Translations under genes and position numbers: made by a program
Part shown: in pieces, positions 38,184 to 47,247 of the stretch
How the letters are laid out: each line of letters begins with the position of its first letter
How positions within the stretch are numbered: position 1 is the stretch's first letter
The notes under the pieces: generated by a model
What the model saw: the letters and a program-made list of their open reading frames with translations, nothing else
The model's database searches: none
Told to the model about the DNA's origin: nothing
From: Candidatus Sumerlaeaceae bacterium
Lineage (GTDB): Bacteria > Sumerlaeota > Sumerlaeia > Sumerlaeales > Sumerlaeaceae
Direction of reading: 5' to 3'
DNA: 64,000 nucleotides
Assembly (NCBI GenBank): GCA_049968255.1
Contig: JBMFRB010000002.1
Span: 64,001-128,000, forward strand

Positions 38184-39350
38184 ATGGTGCCCGGTTCCTC
38201 ATTGGCCAAGCGCGTAATCGCTTTAGATGTGCGCATGATTGAGCACACAGGAATCGGTGCATACCTGAGAGGGCTGTTACCTCACCTTGTGGCGCTCCGT
38301 GAGCATTACCAAATCCAGTTTGTCTTCCTAGGTCCTCGCCACAAACTGGAGCGATATCATTTCCTTAGGGCAGGAGGGGACATTGTTGACTACGCGGCAC
38401 CAATTTACAGCCTCCTTGAACAAACCCTTTTTCCGCGGCTCGCAGGCGTCGATGCTTACCATTTCCCTCACTACAATGTGCCTCTGACATTTGGTCGTCC
38501 TTTCTTTGTCACGATACATGACCTTATTCCGCTTGTGAGACCTGAGTATAAGGCACAAGTATTTTACCGAGCTATCGTGCGCCTCTTAGTGTTTCACGCG
38601 GCGCAACATGCGCAGAAAGTTTTTGTCCCCAACCCATGGGTGAGAGAAGAGCTTATTCAGGAATTTCGCATTGCGGAGAATAAGATTACGGTTTTGCCCT
38701 ATGCACCGCCTGACTACTTGACGACGCCTGCGGGACACTTGGTAGAAGCCACCCTTCATCGCTTTCAGCTTACACAGCCTTATCTTCTGTGCGTCAGCCT
38801 CCACAAACCACATAAAAACTTAGATTTTTTACTGCGCTCCTTCTTTTGCCTAACCAAAGACCGCGGTTTAGGGAGAGAGCTCAAATTAGTTATTGGTGGC
38901 CTTCGTGCAAAGGATGTGCTCGCTCTCGAGGACAGAATCCGGGAACTGCAAGCACTAGAGCAAAGCAATCGTGTGATCTTGATATCAGAATATTTATCGC
39001 CATCCGAGCTTGCCTGCCTCTATGCGGGGGCGCTGGCAGTTGTGACCACATCGCTTCTGGAAGGCTTCGGTCTGCCGATTGTGGAAGCGCAGAAGCTGGG
39101 AGTGCCAGTCATTGCGCCAGATCTACCATGGGCTCGTCACACCGCGGGCGATGGAGCGCTCTTTTTCGCGCCCTATCAGCTCGAATCGCTTGTCGAGGCC
39201 GTTCTCGCGGTTGCCAATGATGCGAATTTGCGCGAACAAATCATCACTCGTGGGCACGCAAACGTTTCACGCTTTAGCTGGGCCCAAACAGCCAGATTCA
39301 TCATGCAGGCTTACGACGAGTCTATTGCGGCGATGCACTCTCATGCGTAA
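38184..39350 (+). CDS. Glycosyltransferase family 4 (mannosyltransferase-like)
   Basis: TGIGAY, TIHDL, PHKN, EGFGLPIVEA, FSW. Confidence 0.92.
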   Translation: MVPGSSLAKRVIALDVRMIEHTGIGAYLRGLLPHLVALREHYQIQFVFLGPRHKLERYHFLRAGGDIVDYAAPIYSLLEQTLFPRLAGVDAYHFPHYNVPLTFGRPFFVTIHDLIPLVRPEYKAQVFYRAIVRLLVFHAAQHAQKVFVPNPWVREELIQEFRIAENKITVLPYAPPDYLTTPAGHLVEATLHRFQLTQPYLLCVSLHKPHKNLDFLLRSFFCLTKDRGLGRELKLVIGGLRAKDVLALEDRIRELQALEQSNRVILISEYLSPSELACLYAGALAVVTTSLLEGFGLPIVEAQKLGVPVIAPDLPWARHTAGDGALFFAPYQLESLVEAVLAVANDANLREQIITRGHANVSRFSWAQTARFIMQAYDESIAAMHSHA

Positions 39351-40638
39351 TGCGATGCTGTGACATTTCCTTTATCCTGGGCCCGAGTGCGTTTGCAATT
39401 GTTTCTCCCAGCAGACGAGAGAACTGCGGTGAGTAGTGGACCATGTCCAAGTAAACAGGATCCGGTGCCGTGGTTTGAAGATCTGCAGCCCACAGAAAAT
39501 TCTGCCCCAGCTTGCCTTCCTCGTACAATTGTCTCATTTTCGGATAGCCAAAGGCTGAGAACATCTTTTTGCAGTCCTTTGGAAATAGATGCCGGCGAAG
39601 ATCAAAATGATAAGATGGAACGGGCTGCCAGACAAAAAGTGTTGAGAAGCGGAATTGCTCGCCGGCGCCTTCTATCATTCTCTTGTTGGCTAAGTAGGTC
39701 GAAATAACTTTGCCGATCACTTCGGGACGATTGAAATAGGCCACGTCCGCTTGCGTGAGAGCGTTTGGATCATCGCCGTCGGCCACGGCAAATCCGTGTT
39801 CTTTTTTTCCCATCAATTGTAATAAGCGAATGAGAGGGAGCTGTTTCGCTGCGGCAGCCCATGGCGACGGGGGAGGCTTTTCGGCCACAATAATGTCCAA
39901 CATTTCTGAAAGTTGAGATGAGTACTTCGGCACGTTATCAATATAAAAAAACTCATTGAGTCCGTCTATAAACACAGCCACATCCGGCACATATCCCTCG
40001 CTGAGAAGGAATTGTAAGTAAGCACGTTCCTGCGAAGAATAGAAAGAGTTTGTTCCGAAGTTATAAACGACAATACGTTGAGTTGGAAACGTACGCCGAA
40101 GTGAGTCTTGAATCGCAGAAGGAACGGTTTGCCAGTCCGCTACACCGTAGCCAAAGGTCGTTGACCCACCAAAGATAAAAATATTAATGTTTTTGCGAGA
40201 AGGTGGCCAAGGTTCTTGGTCTTTGCTGTAACGGAATCCCCATTCGTCGATATTCACATATTGGCCCCTGTAAGGACGCTCGCGGAACAACGTGAAGGGA
40301 TGAAAAGCAACCGGACGACCCCATGTTTCCGTCAGCAATTTGTCCACTTCATTTCGTGGCATGTTTTCGTAGACTAGCCGAAATGCTTTTTCCGCTGCTT
40401 CTGGGCCATAGCGATCAACGATCGGATTCCATGAAACATAGGGACGCGTTGGCCGTGTGATCAGCACCACCCACGCTAAAATATTGAGCACGATGGCAGC
40501 GATGAGAAGATTGAAACAGAAAAGCGAGACACGTGCGTACTTCCTTGCGAAGCTCTGAACCGAGCTGCGCAAATGTTCGTCAGGAGAAAAGGCCGTCCCC
40601 TTGGGCGGTAGGGTATGCGTGTTTTGCTCTTTTTCCAT
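39322..40638 (-). CDS. Membrane-anchored SGNH/GDSL hydrolase
   Basis: N-terminal TM helix, FGGSTTFG, NFG, DGLNE, DMVH. Confidence 0.85.
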   Translation of the reverse strand: MEKEQNTHTLPPKGTAFSPDEHLRSSVQSFARKYARVSLFCFNLLIAAIVLNILAWVVLITRPTRPYVSWNPIVDRYGPEAAEKAFRLVYENMPRNEVDKLLTETWGRPVAFHPFTLFRERPYRGQYVNIDEWGFRYSKDQEPWPPSRKNINIFIFGGSTTFGYGVADWQTVPSAIQDSLRRTFPTQRIVVYNFGTNSFYSSQERAYLQFLLSEGYVPDVAVFIDGLNEFFYIDNVPKYSSQLSEMLDIIVAEKPPPSPWAAAAKQLPLIRLLQLMGKKEHGFAVADGDDPNALTQADVAYFNRPEVIGKVISTYLANKRMIEGAGEQFRFSTLFVWQPVPSYHFDLRRHLFPKDCKKMFSAFGYPKMRQLYEEGKLGQNFLWAADLQTTAPDPVYLDMVHYSPQFSRLLGETIANALGPRIKEMSQHRITHESASPQ

Positions 40639-40715
40639 TGCCGTAAAGCGGTTCTCTTTCGCTAGCGTACTAAGGTAGTGCAAACAACGGAAGACTATTG
40701 AGCAAGAAAAGACCA

Positions 40716-41138
40716 ATGATCAAACGTGTACCATTGTTTGCTCGAATGATTGCTCGAACAATGGCCATGCTGGGCGCTGCCGTTTTTGTGTGCACGGCGC
40801 AGGACGGTCTTTATGCGCAGTACACACCTGACATTGAGTTGTGGTTGGGAGAACGGATAGGTCGCTTTGGCGACTTTGAGTTTTCGATTCTCGGCGGGCG
40901 TCCCGATTATCCCACGCCTACGGGGGCGTTCGTGGTTGAGTGGAAGTCCCGTTCCTGGTGGTCGAAGCAGTGGAATGCACCCATGCCTTATTCCGTCTTC
41001 TTTCGTAACGGGGCCGCAATCCACGAAGGCAGTCTCTCAGTCCCTAGTCACGGATGCATCCATGTCAACCAGAAGGCTGCTCGTTATATCTTTGAAAACT
41101 CGCGCGAAGGGGTCACGCGTGTTTTTGTCTACCCATAG
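40716..41138 (+). CDS. L,D-transpeptidase (YkuD) family protein
   Basis: PTPTG, MPY, AIHEG..SHGCI. Confidence 0.88.
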   Translation: MIKRVPLFARMIARTMAMLGAAVFVCTAQDGLYAQYTPDIELWLGERIGRFGDFEFSILGGRPDYPTPTGAFVVEWKSRSWWSKQWNAPMPYSVFFRNGAAIHEGSLSVPSHGCIHVNQKAARYIFENSREGVTRVFVYP

Positions 41139-41246
41139 TGAAATGGCTTTTGGGAACCGCAGTCTCCGGTTTCCCAGAATGCAAAAACGCCTCTGCATAA
41201 AATCGTTTGCCCCCGATAATTCTTGCACACTGAAATCTTCCCTGTG

Positions 41247-44200
41247 ATGGCGCGCGCAGAATTTGCATTTCTTCACGTTCACAGCTGGTACTCGACCAGG
41301 ACCGGCGTGCCAAGTATTTCCGAGCTTGCCGAGCGGGCGGCCCATCTCGGCTATCGCGCTCTTGCACTCACGGATTATTGCTCGCTTGCGGGGGTACCGG
41401 AATTTGTCCAGCAGTGCCGCACACGTAATGTGAAGCCCTTAGTAGGGGCGGAGGTTCCGCTGACGTTGCCCCTAGCCGGCGGATTTGTCACTGACCGCTT
41501 TGTTTTCCTGGCAGAGGATGATACGGGGTACTTGAATCTCTCGCGTTTCCTCACAGAGGTCTTTTCCAAGACAACGGTTAGTGTTCCTGCCGGTCTCGCC
41601 CATGGTTTGTCGATTCCCCTCCAAATGCTCCACTCCTTTGCGTCGGGGCTCATCGTCATTACGGGCGGCACAGCCGCCAAGCTCACCGAGTTCATTGTGA
41701 GTGCAAGTTGGGAATTCACGCACCAATATTTGAACAGCCTGTTCGAGCTCTTCGATCGCGAGCAGATTTGCCTTGCTGTGGATCATCCGAACATCGCGCT
41801 TCCCCTCAAACACTTCGCGCGCCGGCATGGTTTGACCGCCGTCGCAGCTCCGGCCATCTACTACCTCTCTCCCGCTGATTCCCTGGCTTATGTTTTTCTG
41901 TCTGGCCAGCCGTGCCCTGCGATTTTCCTCCCAAACGCACGCGCGTCTGATTCGCCGCTCCACCATCTAGCGCGCCACGAGGAGGTCCAAAGTTTTTTCC
42001 ATAGCGACTACGAGCTACTGGGGGCAACTCTTCGAATTGTGGAGCGCTGCCACGCTCTGCAGAGTGCGTTCCGCCCTAGGTTCCCGACGCTCGACGTGCC
42101 ACGCACCGCGCCCGATGCTTACCTTTACGATGTGGTGTCTCGCGAGGCGGAGAGACTCTTCAAGGAGATCAAACCGGAAATACGTACTCGCCTGGATGCG
42201 GAATTAGCGGCGGTGCAGCGGGAAGGATTGGCTGACCGGTTCATTCTTCTGCACTCGCTCATTCGCTACTGCCGCGATCATGGAGTGACCATCGGAGTTG
42301 GCGGGGGCGATTTGGTCACGAGCCTGGTTGCCTACGTATTGGGCCTCACCCAGGTCAATGCTCACGATTTCAAACTCAACTTTTGTGGATTTGGCAATGT
42401 GCGCGCTGCCGGAACAACCGAGACCTTTGCGCTCGAAATTCCCGTAGAGGCTGCTCCCGTCGTCGAAAAGTTTCTCGAGGAATTTATTGGAGAAGGTCAT
42501 TGTGCTCGCGTGGGACGCTATAGCGTCACAAGTCGAAGCGCACTCATCCGCGCCCTCAGCGAGTGGATGGGGCTGGACCAACGTAGTGCTGCGTCCACGG
42601 AGTTAGTGGAACGCGATGGCCTCCGTCATTTTCATAGTTTCGTCAAACATTCGACGGACTCCGTAGCGCTTCCTAGTCCGCAGGTTCTCGCCTTTCTACT
42701 CAGTCGCCTCCTTGGTCGTCCCGAAGAGCTCTCCTTTTCTGAGACGGACATGGCCATCTCGAGCGAGCGTCTGGAATATCTTGTTCCCCTTGCACGCATC
42801 GGGGGTAGCCTTTGCACGCAAGTGGGCGCCGCTGGCCTCGATGTCATGCGGATTCCCCGCCTTATTCTTTCCACTTCGCCGCAGCTCAGAATCCTGAATT
42901 CTGCGGCGGCCTGGATTCGCGAGGAGCAGAACCTCGATGTGGCGAAAGCTCCGCTCGACGATCCCAGAACGTACGAGCTTTTGCGCCGCGGGCTTACCCT
43001 CGGAATCGAGCCCTTTCAATCTATGCGCATGCGGATGCTTCTTCGTCACCAAGCGCCACGAAATTTTCGCGAGCTGCTCAAGGTCCGCTCCGAAGATGCT
43101 CTAGCCACTGGCGACGCTCGCGACATCCGACATTTCCTCCCGGAATGTCTTCTCGGCTATCGTCTCGCCTATGTGAAGGCGCATTTCCCCGCTTGCTTTT
43201 TTGCAGCTGCTTTTTCTCGCATGGCCGAAAGTAAGCAAACAAAGAGACTCGCAGCGTTTTTCCGCGAAGCACGGGAAATGGGGGTGAAAATCCTGGGGCC
43301 GGACATCAACCGCAGCTCTTACCAGTTCACTATCGAGCGCGGTGCCGTGCGCTGTGGTCTTTCCATGATAAAAGCAGTGGGGGAGAAGACCTATCACGAG
43401 ATCGACCAAGCAAGGTCTCGGGGCGAGTTTGAAGATCTCTTGGATCTGCGGCGTCGTACTGAGCGGCGCATCGTCAACAGTGCCGTGCTGGCAAATCTCA
43501 TTCGGGCCGGCGCTTTGGACTGCTTTGAGGAGGACCGCAACGCGCTTCTTGCCAGGCTTGAAACTCTAGATGATGAAGCCGCTGAGCATGCAGGAACACT
43601 TTTCGACGAGGTGGCCGAGGCCCTTGGGGCAGGCACCGCTCCTTCTTCGGCGCGCGAAATATTGCAACAAGAGATCGAGGCCACGGACGTGCCTATTTCT
43701 GTGGATCCCATCTCGCTGTTCTCACTCACGATGAGACGCGCGAGCGCAGCACGCTTCGGTTCGCTTAGTCGCCGCGATGTGGGGCGAGATGTGTCTGTCG
43801 TAGGGTTTCTCAACCATATCGACGAGCAGCCCACCAAGGAAGGTGGCGTTGATGTCTATTGCGCGGATTTTGACGGCTACCCGCTGCATATTCCTGCCAA
43901 AGTCCGACAGGCCTATGAGCGCAATCTTTCAGCGGAAGAACCCCTGTACGTCTGCGGTGTGGCTCACCAAACAACCGATGGCGCCATTGCTGTTCGGGCG
44001 CACGCTATTTTCACACTGAGCGAGGTCGAAGAACTGAGTGGCGCGGTCAGATCGATCTCGTTGGATTTAGGCGGCGAAAATTTACATACGCTGCGTCTCC
44101 TGGGGCATTTGATTCGCCGCTACAAAAAAGGCACAACTCGTCTCGATGTTCTCTCGATTCCGACAGGTTTTGCCACGCGCCTCCTCGCATGGAGAATCCA

Positions 44201-44384
44201 TCGCTCGCGCGTCTTTTTCTGCCCGGGACTTTATTATCAGCTGCGAAAAATTCTAACAGAAAATCAAATCGAGCTCGTATTCACTGATGAAACGACCGAA
44301 CACTATGCTATGAGCTTGCTTGCCCCGTTCCAATACGCAAAAAGTTCGTCCTCGGAAACGCTTCCAGCAATTGAGCTATATTGA
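41247..44384 (+). CDS. DNA polymerase III alpha (DnaE) homolog with degenerate polymerase active site
   Basis: PHP (LHVHSWYS, LALTD, GAE), RL..EL, SLVAYVLGLT, AYVKAHFP, PDINRS, GL..IK.VG HhH, LIRAGALD, OB-like region. Catalytic Asp motifs not found. Confidence 0.88.
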   Translation: MARAEFAFLHVHSWYSTRTGVPSISELAERAAHLGYRALALTDYCSLAGVPEFVQQCRTRNVKPLVGAEVPLTLPLAGGFVTDRFVFLAEDDTGYLNLSRFLTEVFSKTTVSVPAGLAHGLSIPLQMLHSFASGLIVITGGTAAKLTEFIVSASWEFTHQYLNSLFELFDREQICLAVDHPNIALPLKHFARRHGLTAVAAPAIYYLSPADSLAYVFLSGQPCPAIFLPNARASDSPLHHLARHEEVQSFFHSDYELLGATLRIVERCHALQSAFRPRFPTLDVPRTAPDAYLYDVVSREAERLFKEIKPEIRTRLDAELAAVQREGLADRFILLHSLIRYCRDHGVTIGVGGGDLVTSLVAYVLGLTQVNAHDFKLNFCGFGNVRAAGTTETFALEIPVEAAPVVEKFLEEFIGEGHCARVGRYSVTSRSALIRALSEWMGLDQRSAASTELVERDGLRHFHSFVKHSTDSVALPSPQVLAFLLSRLLGRPEELSFSETDMAISSERLEYLVPLARIGGSLCTQVGAAGLDVMRIPRLILSTSPQLRILNSAAAWIREEQNLDVAKAPLDDPRTYELLRRGLTLGIEPFQSMRMRMLLRHQAPRNFRELLKVRSEDALATGDARDIRHFLPECLLGYRLAYVKAHFPACFFAAAFSRMAESKQTKRLAAFFREAREMGVKILGPDINRSSYQFTIERGAVRCGLSMIKAVGEKTYHEIDQARSRGEFEDLLDLRRRTERRIVNSAVLANLIRAGALDCFEEDRNALLARLETLDDEAAEHAGTLFDEVAEALGAGTAPSSAREILQQEIEATDVPISVDPISLFSLTMRRASAARFGSLSRRDVGRDVSVVGFLNHIDEQPTKEGGVDVYCADFDGYPLHIPAKVRQAYERNLSAEEPLYVCGVAHQTTDGAIAVRAHAIFTLSEVEELSGAVRSISLDLGGENLHTLRLLGHLIRRYKKGTTRLDVLSIPTGFATRLLAWRIHRSRVFFCPGLYYQLRKILTENQIELVFTDETTEHYAMSLLAPFQYAKSSSSETLPAIELY

Positions 44385-44398
44385 CAAAATGATAGCAT
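44371..44398 (+). promoter_or_regulatory. Possible sigma70 promoter for the cyclophilin gene
   Basis: TTGAGC-N16-TAGCAT with TG at the extended -10 position, followed by an AAGGAG RBS. Confidence 0.35.
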
Positions 44399-44421
44399 GA
44401 GACAAGAAAGGAAGGAGCAGC

Positions 44422-45063
44422 ATGAAGAAACGTATCGTCCTGTTCACCGCAGCGCTCACTGCGGGCGCAGCCCTCGTGGCCAATGCCAAACCTTACGCAG
44501 TATTTCACACTTCGAAAGGCGAGTTTGTCGTAGAGTTGTTCCCCGACAAAGCTCCCAAAACTGTAGAAAACTTTGTTGGTCTTGCAACAGGGAAAAAGGA
44601 GTGGCAGCACCCAGCTACCAAGGAGGTCATGAAAGGTAAGCCTCTCTACGATGGCACTGTTTTCCATCGCACCATTGAAGGTTTTATGATTCAGGGGGGT
44701 GATCCTCTTGGCAACGGCACCGGTGGACCCGGTTACACCTTCGAGGATGAGTTTAGTGATTTGGCGTTTGATCAGCCGGGCTACCTCGCCATGGCGAATC
44801 GCGGACCCAACACCAATGGCAGCCAATTTTTTATCACAGTCGCGCCGACCCCTCACCTCAATCACCGCCATACGATCTTTGGCAAAGTCGTGAAAGGTAT
44901 GGACGTCGTGATCGCGATTTCTCAACTACCGAGCGAGCCACGTACCGGCCGCGCACTTAGCCCAGTAAAGCTCGAACGGCTCGAAATCCGTGACACTCTC
45001 GAGGCTCCGTCGCCGCAGCCAAAGCAAGAAGAGAAAACCACCACCGGCACGGACAAGAAGTGA
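44422..45063 (+). CDS. Cyclophilin-type peptidyl-prolyl isomerase, exported
   Basis: Signal peptide, [36 protein letters not shown]. Confidence 0.96.
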   Translation: MKKRIVLFTAALTAGAALVANAKPYAVFHTSKGEFVVELFPDKAPKTVENFVGLATGKKEWQHPATKEVMKGKPLYDGTVFHRTIEGFMIQGGDPLGNGTGGPGYTFEDEFSDLAFDQPGYLAMANRGPNTNGSQFFITVAPTPHLNHRHTIFGKVVKGMDVVIAISQLPSEPRTGRALSPVKLERLEIRDTLEAPSPQPKQEEKTTTGTDKK

Positions 45064-45163
45064 ATCATCATTTTTGAATTCCTGTACTTTTGTCGCAGAG
45101 GAGAGGGCTGCCTGGATTATAGGGTCGCCCTGCCTTCAAGATTGGGTTGAAAGGATTACAAAA

Positions 45164-45391
45164 ATGCCGGTTTACGAGTACAAGTGTTCTGAATGTGGAG
45201 AAGAGTTCAGTGCACTCGTGTTCTCGCAGAGCGAGATCGATTCGCTCGAGTGTCCCAAATGTCACAGCAAGAAGTTCGAGAAATTGATGAGTGCGAGCGC
45301 GGTAGGCGTATCCCCGAGCTCGACGAGCACACCGAGCTGTTCAACGAGTTCCGGCCCATCCTGCCCGTTCGGTTCATGTGGATGTAGCTGA
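45164..45391 (+). CDS. FmdB family zinc-ribbon protein
   Basis: MPVYEYKCSECG..F, CPKC, KLMS, Cys-rich tail; AAGGA RBS. Confidence 0.9.
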   Translation: MPVYEYKCSECGEEFSALVFSQSEIDSLECPKCHSKKFEKLMSASAVGVSPSSTSTPSCSTSSGPSCPFGSCGCS

Positions 45392-45411
45392 GAGACCGGA
45401 AAGGATTTTCC

Positions 45412-45594
45412 ATGATTCCTAAAGGACGAACCAAAGATCCTCGTCCCGAAAAGATGCCCGTCATCACTTGTGGCATTGAAATGTCGCGCGGGCAGAAGAG
45501 CAAGTCCCCGGAAAAGCTCACGGGCGGCAATCAGCCCGCCGATGAATCGCAGGCGGCCAAGCTCGTGTGTGAGTACCTGAGAACGTCCCAGTAA
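45412..45594 (+). CDS. Possible small hypothetical protein
   Basis: 60-aa ORF with an AAGGA RBS, filling an intergenic gap; no recognisable motif. Confidence 0.35.
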   Translation: MIPKGRTKDPRPEKMPVITCGIEMSRGQKSKSPEKLTGGNQPADESQAAKLVCEYLRTSQ

Positions 45595-45618
45595 CGCGCC
45601 ACCGATACGGGCTTCCAC

Positions 45619-47247
45619 TCATTGCGGGACGTAGAACATCAAGCGGGTGTTCAACGTCCTAAGCGCGGATTGTCGCAGCGGTCGATAATTTCTTTCGATC
45701 GCTGCTTTTATTTCTCGAATCCGCCCCGTTTGATCCAAATCCAGTGTCACGAATGCGATTTTCTTTGCCTCGAGAGCCGAGGCAATTTGCTCCACAGCCG
45801 TCACTCCGCGGCCATGAATCTGATCCTGCTTCTCGTTATAGTACTTGAGCGTCCACAAGAAGATCTCGCTATAGTCGGCGACAATCCGCCTTCGGGCAAG
45901 GAAGGCATAAAAAGGCGGGGAGAGCACCTCATTGTCGGGCGCGCTATGCTGCTGCATAAGCTCCACGACCTGCCGCGTGCGATATTCGTCGAGTTCGAAT
46001 GTCTCTTGTCGTAGCGTCCGGGCAATGAAACCCAAGCCAGGCGCAAAGACAACGAGCGCTAGCCCTGCCGCTCCCGTGAGATAGGCAAGAGGAATCGTAT
46101 TACGGAGCAGCGAGCTTTTCCTCAGAGCGCGATAGCCTTCTCCCAGGTCAGCAACGACCAATGCCGCCAGGACTGCCACGATAGGCTCCCCAATCGTGAA
46201 GATGTAGTCCATCGTTCCGCCCTTGGCGACATACACGACGGACGCCATAAGGGTGAGAGCCGCCCAACTGAACAATTCCAGCTGTGGCGCGCGCTGAGCC
46301 GCCCGGAGCAATCGCAGCAAACCAACCAGCGCGAGCACAATAAGTCCACCTTCAAGGGTCAAGATGTCACGTCCTTCGCTCGTGATTTTCCCCCATGCGT
46401 AAGTCAGCAAGTTTTGGCCCGGCGGCAGGAATTCTCGGCGCGGGAATGATCCCACTTGATTGAAAATGACATTCTCAAGATATGCACCAGTTTTCAGTTC
46501 GAGGAGCAGCGTTACGCTAACGCACGGCACGCACAGACCGATGAGGAAAGGCAGGCACAGCCGGCGCTCCCTTGCGAAGAGGTAAAGCACAAACAAACAT
46601 GCATAGGGCGCAGCCGTCATGTTTGTCAGGCAAGCCAAAGCTGCAAAGACGCCTGCACCTACGGCCGCGGCTGGCCTACGGTCTTTCAAAAGCACAAATA
46701 GTGCGCCATAAAGAAAAAGAATCTCCAGCGGCTCGCTTTGATACCCCAACGACCACCAAAAACCAATGGGAGCGAGCAGGTAAAAGATTCCAGCTAAAGC
46801 TCCGATGGTGTGGCATGTTTTTTCGTTCCCACCTATCAGCGCCACGCGTTGCGCAAACGAGGCCACAAGCAAGGCCATACTTGCGTGGAGCAACACGCTG
46901 AACCCACGAAATACGTAAAGCATCGGCAACCCCGCGAGCGAGGCCAGTTTCGCCAAAACCCAACCCACAAAAAAATGCATAGGCGGTTGTGGCGCCAAAA
47001 CATCGCGATAAAGGGTAGCTCCTTCGCTAAGCCGCCAACAGATGTAGAGGTAGTTTCCATCGCCGAAATCAATGTAAGCCTGACTCCAATGGCTAATAAC
47101 CGTAGCGGCGTAGATCAGCACCGCCACGCCAAGCACGAGCGAGGTCCAACGCTTTCCCTGGCAGGCCGACACAAAATCTCTCGCAGGCTTGGGCGACTGC
47201 CCAGAAGTTGGCGCATCGCTGAGTTGGCTTTCTTCGAGAGGCTTCAT
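45619..47247 (-). CDS. GT-C fold (ArnT/PMT-like) membrane glycosyltransferase
   Basis: DFGDGNY after TM1, LYRDV..QPP, QSEP, many TM helices. Confidence 0.75.
   Translation of the reverse strand: MKPLEESQLSDAPTSGQSPKPARDFVSACQGKRWTSLVLGVAVLIYAATVISHWSQAYIDFGDGNYLYICWRLSEGATLYRDVLAPQPPMHFFVGWVLAKLASLAGLPMLYVFRGFSVLLHASMALLVASFAQRVALIGGNEKTCHTIGALAGIFYLLAPIGFWWSLGYQSEPLEILFLYGALFVLLKDRRPAAAVGAGVFAALACLTNMTAAPYACLFVLYLFARERRLCLPFLIGLCVPCVSVTLLLELKTGAYLENVIFNQVGSFPRREFLPPGQNLLTYAWGKITSEGRDILTLEGGLIVLALVGLLRLLRAAQRAPQLELFSWAALTLMASVVYVAKGGTMDYIFTIGEPIVAVLAALVVADLGEGYRALRKSSLLRNTIPLAYLTGAAGLALVVFAPGLGFIARTLRQETFELDEYRTRQVVELMQQHSAPDNEVLSPPFYAFLARRRIVADYSEIFLWTLKYYNEKQDQIHGRGVTAVEQIASALEAKKIAFVTLDLDQTGRIREIKAAIERNYRPLRQSALRTLNTRLMFYVPQ

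Noticed and set aside
41247-44384. Calling this gene replicative dnaE or mutagenic dnaE2/imuC
   Set aside because: Catalytic motifs are absent and there are no imuA/imuB neighbours, so no gene symbol was assigned.
44308-44925. 205-aa minus-strand ORF, and similar ones at 10944-11606, 22531-23163 and 31054-31707
   Set aside because: Each lies antisense to a better-supported gene (cyclophilin, nadD, carD/rsfS, the secreted protein).
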